Shown here: in pieces, positions 60,893-64,000 of the stretch
Layout: each line of letters opens with the position of its first letter
Position numbering within the stretch: the stretch's first letter is position 1
DNA from: Spirochaetia bacterium
GTDB taxonomy: Bacteria; Spirochaetota; Spirochaetia; UBA9216
Assembly (NCBI GenBank): GCA_965140585.1
Contig: OZ223269.1
Span: 1,056,001 to 1,120,000 of the forward strand
Length of the DNA: 64,000 bases
Direction: 5' to 3'
The notes under the pieces: generated by a model
Seen by the model: only the letters and a program-made list of their open reading frames with translations
Database searches by the model: none
What the model was told of the DNA's origin: nothing
Translations under genes and position numbers: made by a program

Positions 60893-61960
60893 ATGCCTGA
60901 CAGCAAAGATAATCATGACAGTATACTCTCGGGGAATTATGTTCCCGGAACGGATAGTAAAGAAAACGGTTTACGGCCTCAAAAGTTAACCGATTTTCAG
61001 GGCCAGGATGCACTTAAAAGCAACCTTGATATATTCATAAAAGCAGCCAATGAAAGAGAGGAAAGTCTCGATCATGTATTTCTCTGCGGCCCTCCCGGAC
61101 TCGGAAAAACTACTCTGGCCGGAATTATTTCAAATGAGCTTAATGCAGACTTCAAGGTTACAAGTGCACCTGCTATTGAAAAGCCGAAAGATCTTGCAGG
61201 TATACTTACAAGTATTACCGAGAGAAGTGTTTTCTTTATAGACGAGATTCACCGCTTAAAGCCTGCCATCGAAGAAATGCTTTATATAGCAATGGAAGAT
61301 TACGAGATGGACTGGGTCATAGGACAGGGACCGTCTGCCAGGAATATCCGTATTCCAATTCCTCCGTTTACGCTTATCGGAGCTACAACCAAAGCAGGAC
61401 AGGTGGCAAGTCCGCTTTACAGCAGATTCGGAATCTCATTCAGAATGAATTTCTACGAAACAAAGGATATTATCAGCATCCTTAAACGCTCTTCAGGAAT
61501 TCTTGGCATAAACATAGACGAGGATGCTGTTGCACTTCTTGCCCAATGTTCCCGCGGAACTCCCCGTGTAGCAAACAGGCTGCTCAGAAGAATGCGGGAT
61601 TTTGCTCAGGTTGAAGGACTTGATACTATTAACAGGAAGATCATCTCGAATGGATTAAAGCGGCTTGAAATTGATAAAATGGGGCTGGAGCGGCAGGACC
61701 GTGAGATTTTAAGACTGATCATCGAGCGCTACAGCGGCGGACCGGTAGGTGCAGAAACACTGGCGATATCCGCCGGCGAAGCCGTAGAATCGCTTGAAGA
61801 TTTTTACGAACCCTATCTGATTCAGCAGGGATTTATAAAACGTACTCCGAGGGGAAGAATGGTGACAGCACTTGCTTATCAGCATTTAGGGCTGAAAGTT
61901 CCCCCGTCAATCAATACTTTATTGCAGGAAAAGGATGAAGACCAGCAGCTTCTTTTTTGA
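60893..61960 (+). CDS. ruvB: Holliday junction branch migration helicase B
   Basis: [49 protein letters not shown]; start probably ATG 60893. Confidence 0.97.
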   Translation: MPDSKDNHDSILSGNYVPGTDSKENGLRPQKLTDFQGQDALKSNLDIFIKAANEREESLDHVFLCGPPGLGKTTLAGIISNELNADFKVTSAPAIEKPKDLAGILTSITERSVFFIDEIHRLKPAIEEMLYIAMEDYEMDWVIGQGPSARNIRIPIPPFTLIGATTKAGQVASPLYSRFGISFRMNFYETKDIISILKRSSGILGINIDEDAVALLAQCSRGTPRVANRLLRRMRDFAQVEGLDTINRKIISNGLKRLEIDKMGLERQDREILRLIIERYSGGPVGAETLAISAGEAVESLEDFYEPYLIQQGFIKRTPRGRMVTALAYQHLGLKVPPSINTLLQEKDEDQQLLF

Positions 61961-62972
61961 TCTCCCTGAAGATCTAATAGCACAGTATCCCGCTGAAAAA
62001 CGCGGTGAATCAAGATTATTACTTATGGACCGGAAAAACGGTGATTCACTTACAGATTATATGGTTTCAGATTTTCCCAAACTGATTCCCGAGGGCTCAC
62101 TTGTTGTATTCAACAACTCACGTGTTAGAAAAGCCCGACTGTATGCGGAATCTGAAACCGGAGCCAGGATTGAATTTCTTCTGCTTCGCAATCTCGATGA
62201 AGGTGAAGGCATCAAATGGCTTGCAATGGTTTCCAAGTCAAAAAAACAGAAACCGGGCAGAAAATATAAATTCGATGACGGACTTGAAGCCGTTATCACC
62301 GAAATAGACGGAAGTAACAGAGTAATTGAGTTCTCCCATCCGGTTAATGATAACTGGCTTGACACCAATGGTCATATTCCATTACCGCCCTACATTAAAC
62401 GGGATGATGCTGCAGCAGACGCTGAAAGGTATCAAACTGTATTCTCTCAGAAAACAGGCTCAGTAGCAGCGCCCACAGCCGGCCTTCATTTTACAGATGA
62501 TATTCTTTCAGCTATAAAAAAGCGCGGGATAGAGACAGTAAGCCTGACTCTTCACGTCGGCCTTGGAACGTTTCTCCCTGTCAGGACCGAGGATATCACC
62601 GAGCATAAGATGCATTCTGAGGATTATGAAATATCCGAGGAGACCGCCGCGGTAATTAACAGGGCTGTTGCAGATAAAAGACCTGTAACCGCAGTAGGAA
62701 CAACATCAGTTCGAACCCTCGAATCCGAAGCGAAGCGCTGGAACTCTGCCGAGGTCAGGCCGGGCTGCAGAAGCACCGATATTTTTATCTATCCCGGATA
62801 TGATTTCAGGCTTGTAACCCATATGTTTACAAACTTTCATACCCCTGAATCTTCACTGCTGATGCTAGTATCAGCCTTTGCGGGAAAGGACAGCATAATG
62901 AAAACATATTCTGAAGCTGTTAGACGAAAATACCGGTTTTTCTCGTACGGCGATGCCATGTATATACGTTAA
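61935..62972 (+). CDS. queA: S-adenosylmethionine:tRNA ribosyltransferase-isomerase
   Basis: [55 protein letters not shown]. Confidence 0.97.
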   Translation: MKTSSFFFDLPEDLIAQYPAEKRGESRLLLMDRKNGDSLTDYMVSDFPKLIPEGSLVVFNNSRVRKARLYAESETGARIEFLLLRNLDEGEGIKWLAMVSKSKKQKPGRKYKFDDGLEAVITEIDGSNRVIEFSHPVNDNWLDTNGHIPLPPYIKRDDAAADAERYQTVFSQKTGSVAAPTAGLHFTDDILSAIKKRGIETVSLTLHVGLGTFLPVRTEDITEHKMHSEDYEISEETAAVINRAVADKRPVTAVGTTSVRTLESEAKRWNSAEVRPGCRSTDIFIYPGYDFRLVTHMFTNFHTPESSLLMLVSAFAGKDSIMKTYSEAVRRKYRFFSYGDAMYIR

Positions 62973-63046
62973 AATTTATCTGAATTACAGTTTTTAAGAC
63001 CTCTATCTTGAATAATTCGGAATCTACCGGTAAGATCTCAACCTGT

Positions 63047-64000
63047 ATGAAGATTGTAATACTAGGCGCCGGTTCACGCGGCTATCAGATTGCAAGACAT
63101 CTTATCGAAGAGAAAAAAGATGTAGTGCTGATTGAATCTGATCCTAAAAAGGCATCATACGCGTCGTCCAAGCTTGACTGCCTTGTTATAAACGGTTCAG
63201 GAACTTCTATTGAGGTTCTGAAGGATGCCGGTATCGAAGATACCGATATGTTCATCACAATGACAGATTCTGATGAAGTAAACATGGTTGCCTGCGGGCT
63301 TGTTTCCAGCGAATTCAACGTTGAACATAAGATTGCAAGCATTAGAAACCTGACATATATAGGCTCTCACGGGCTGTCGGGCTCAATTCTTGGAATTGAT
63401 TACATAGTCAATCCTGAAGCCGAGGCTGCAAATACCATCTATGAAATAGTTGATAAGGGTGTTTTCAGCGATATGATTTCTTTCCAGAAATCAGGACTGC
63501 TTCTTCACAACATTCACGTTACCGAAAAATCTCTCTTTCTGAATAAGGATGTTAAAACAATAAGAAATTCGATTAATGATGAGTTTCTTATTGCGGCTAT
63601 ACATCGAAAACACAGATTGATTGTGCCTTCCGGCGACACAGTAATTCATGAGAACGATACTCTTTCGATAGTAGCCGAGCAGTCTGGTGTTGAAAAAGTT
63701 TTTAAGGCCCTGGGTAAGCAGAAGAAGAAACTTAAGAAGATTCTTCTTGTCGGCGGCAGTAAAACAGCACGCTTTCTGCTTAAAAACTTTTCAGCTGCCG
63801 ATCGAAGGCTTTTTGCCCTGGTCGATCAGGACAGTGAAGTCTGTAAGAGCTTCGCAGAGCAGTTCCCTGAGATTCTCATAATTAAATCCGATGTAACAGA
63901 TGAGACGCTCTATGAGGATGAGGATATCGCAAGCTACGACCTCATCATCACCCTGACCAGTAATGATGAGCTGAATATTCTTACTGCCATTTATGCAAGG
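63047..64000 (+). CDS. trkA: Trk potassium uptake NAD-binding subunit, runs off the window edge
   Basis: Manual translation MKIVILGAGSRGYQIARHL...VVLIE...TDSDEVN; second Rossmann motif ILLVGGSK. Confidence 0.88.
   Translation, partial: MKIVILGAGSRGYQIARHLIEEKKDVVLIESDPKKASYASSKLDCLVINGSGTSIEVLKDAGIEDTDMFITMTDSDEVNMVACGLVSSEFNVEHKIASIRNLTYIGSHGLSGSILGIDYIVNPEAEAANTIYEIVDKGVFSDMISFQKSGLLLHNIHVTEKSLFLNKDVKTIRNSINDEFLIAAIHRKHRLIVPSGDTVIHENDTLSIVAEQSGVEKVFKALGKQKKKLKKILLVGGSKTARFLLKNFSAADRRLFALVDQDSEVCKSFAEQFPEILIIKSDVTDETLYEDEDIASYDLIITLTSNDELNILTAIYAR

Noticed and set aside
60465-61013. Antisense or nested ORFs from the track (this one, 24204-24704, 56825-57247, 50749-51129 and similar)
   Set aside because: Shadows of well-supported genes on the opposite strand or in another frame
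1-64000. CRISPR array, tRNA/rRNA genes, intact transposases, prophage genes
   Set aside because: No regularly spaced direct repeats or recognisable motifs found by eye; the only tRNA-like sequence belongs to ssrA

Overview
Chromosomal window from a moderately AT-rich bacterium, most likely a free-living spirochaete (inferred from spirochaete-style lipoproteins and the smpB / FGE-PEGA / tandem lepB / hemW and yebC-ruvCAB-queA gene order). Housekeeping flanks: left = Mo-oxidoreductase plus Fe-S subunit, comM/yifB, crotonase-fold enzyme, htrA, uvrB, a caspase-family lipoprotein and a TPP-riboswitch-controlled thiBPQ; right = ldhA, ssrA, smpB, 2x lepB, hemW, glyA, sirtuin, MarR, yebC, ruvCAB, queA, trkA. 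Between them lies a ~29 kb accessory island (~19.0-48.2 kb) with gene remnants at its edges. It encodes a type II secretion gene set (secretin, ATPase, platform, pseudopilins, prepilin peptidase). Divergent from it are a signal-peptide PKD protein, a 3349-aa signal-peptide RHS protein with a Cys/His amidase-like tip, an exported putative immunity protein, and an orphan M23-peptidase tip plus SH3 protein cassette. Best candidates for novelty: (1) a T2SS-linked RHS polymorphic toxin system aimed at peptidoglycan; (2) a lipoprotein papain-family protease whose catalytic motifs are in circularly permuted order; (3) several structured non-coding elements in the island. All calls come from reading motifs by eye; no searches were run.
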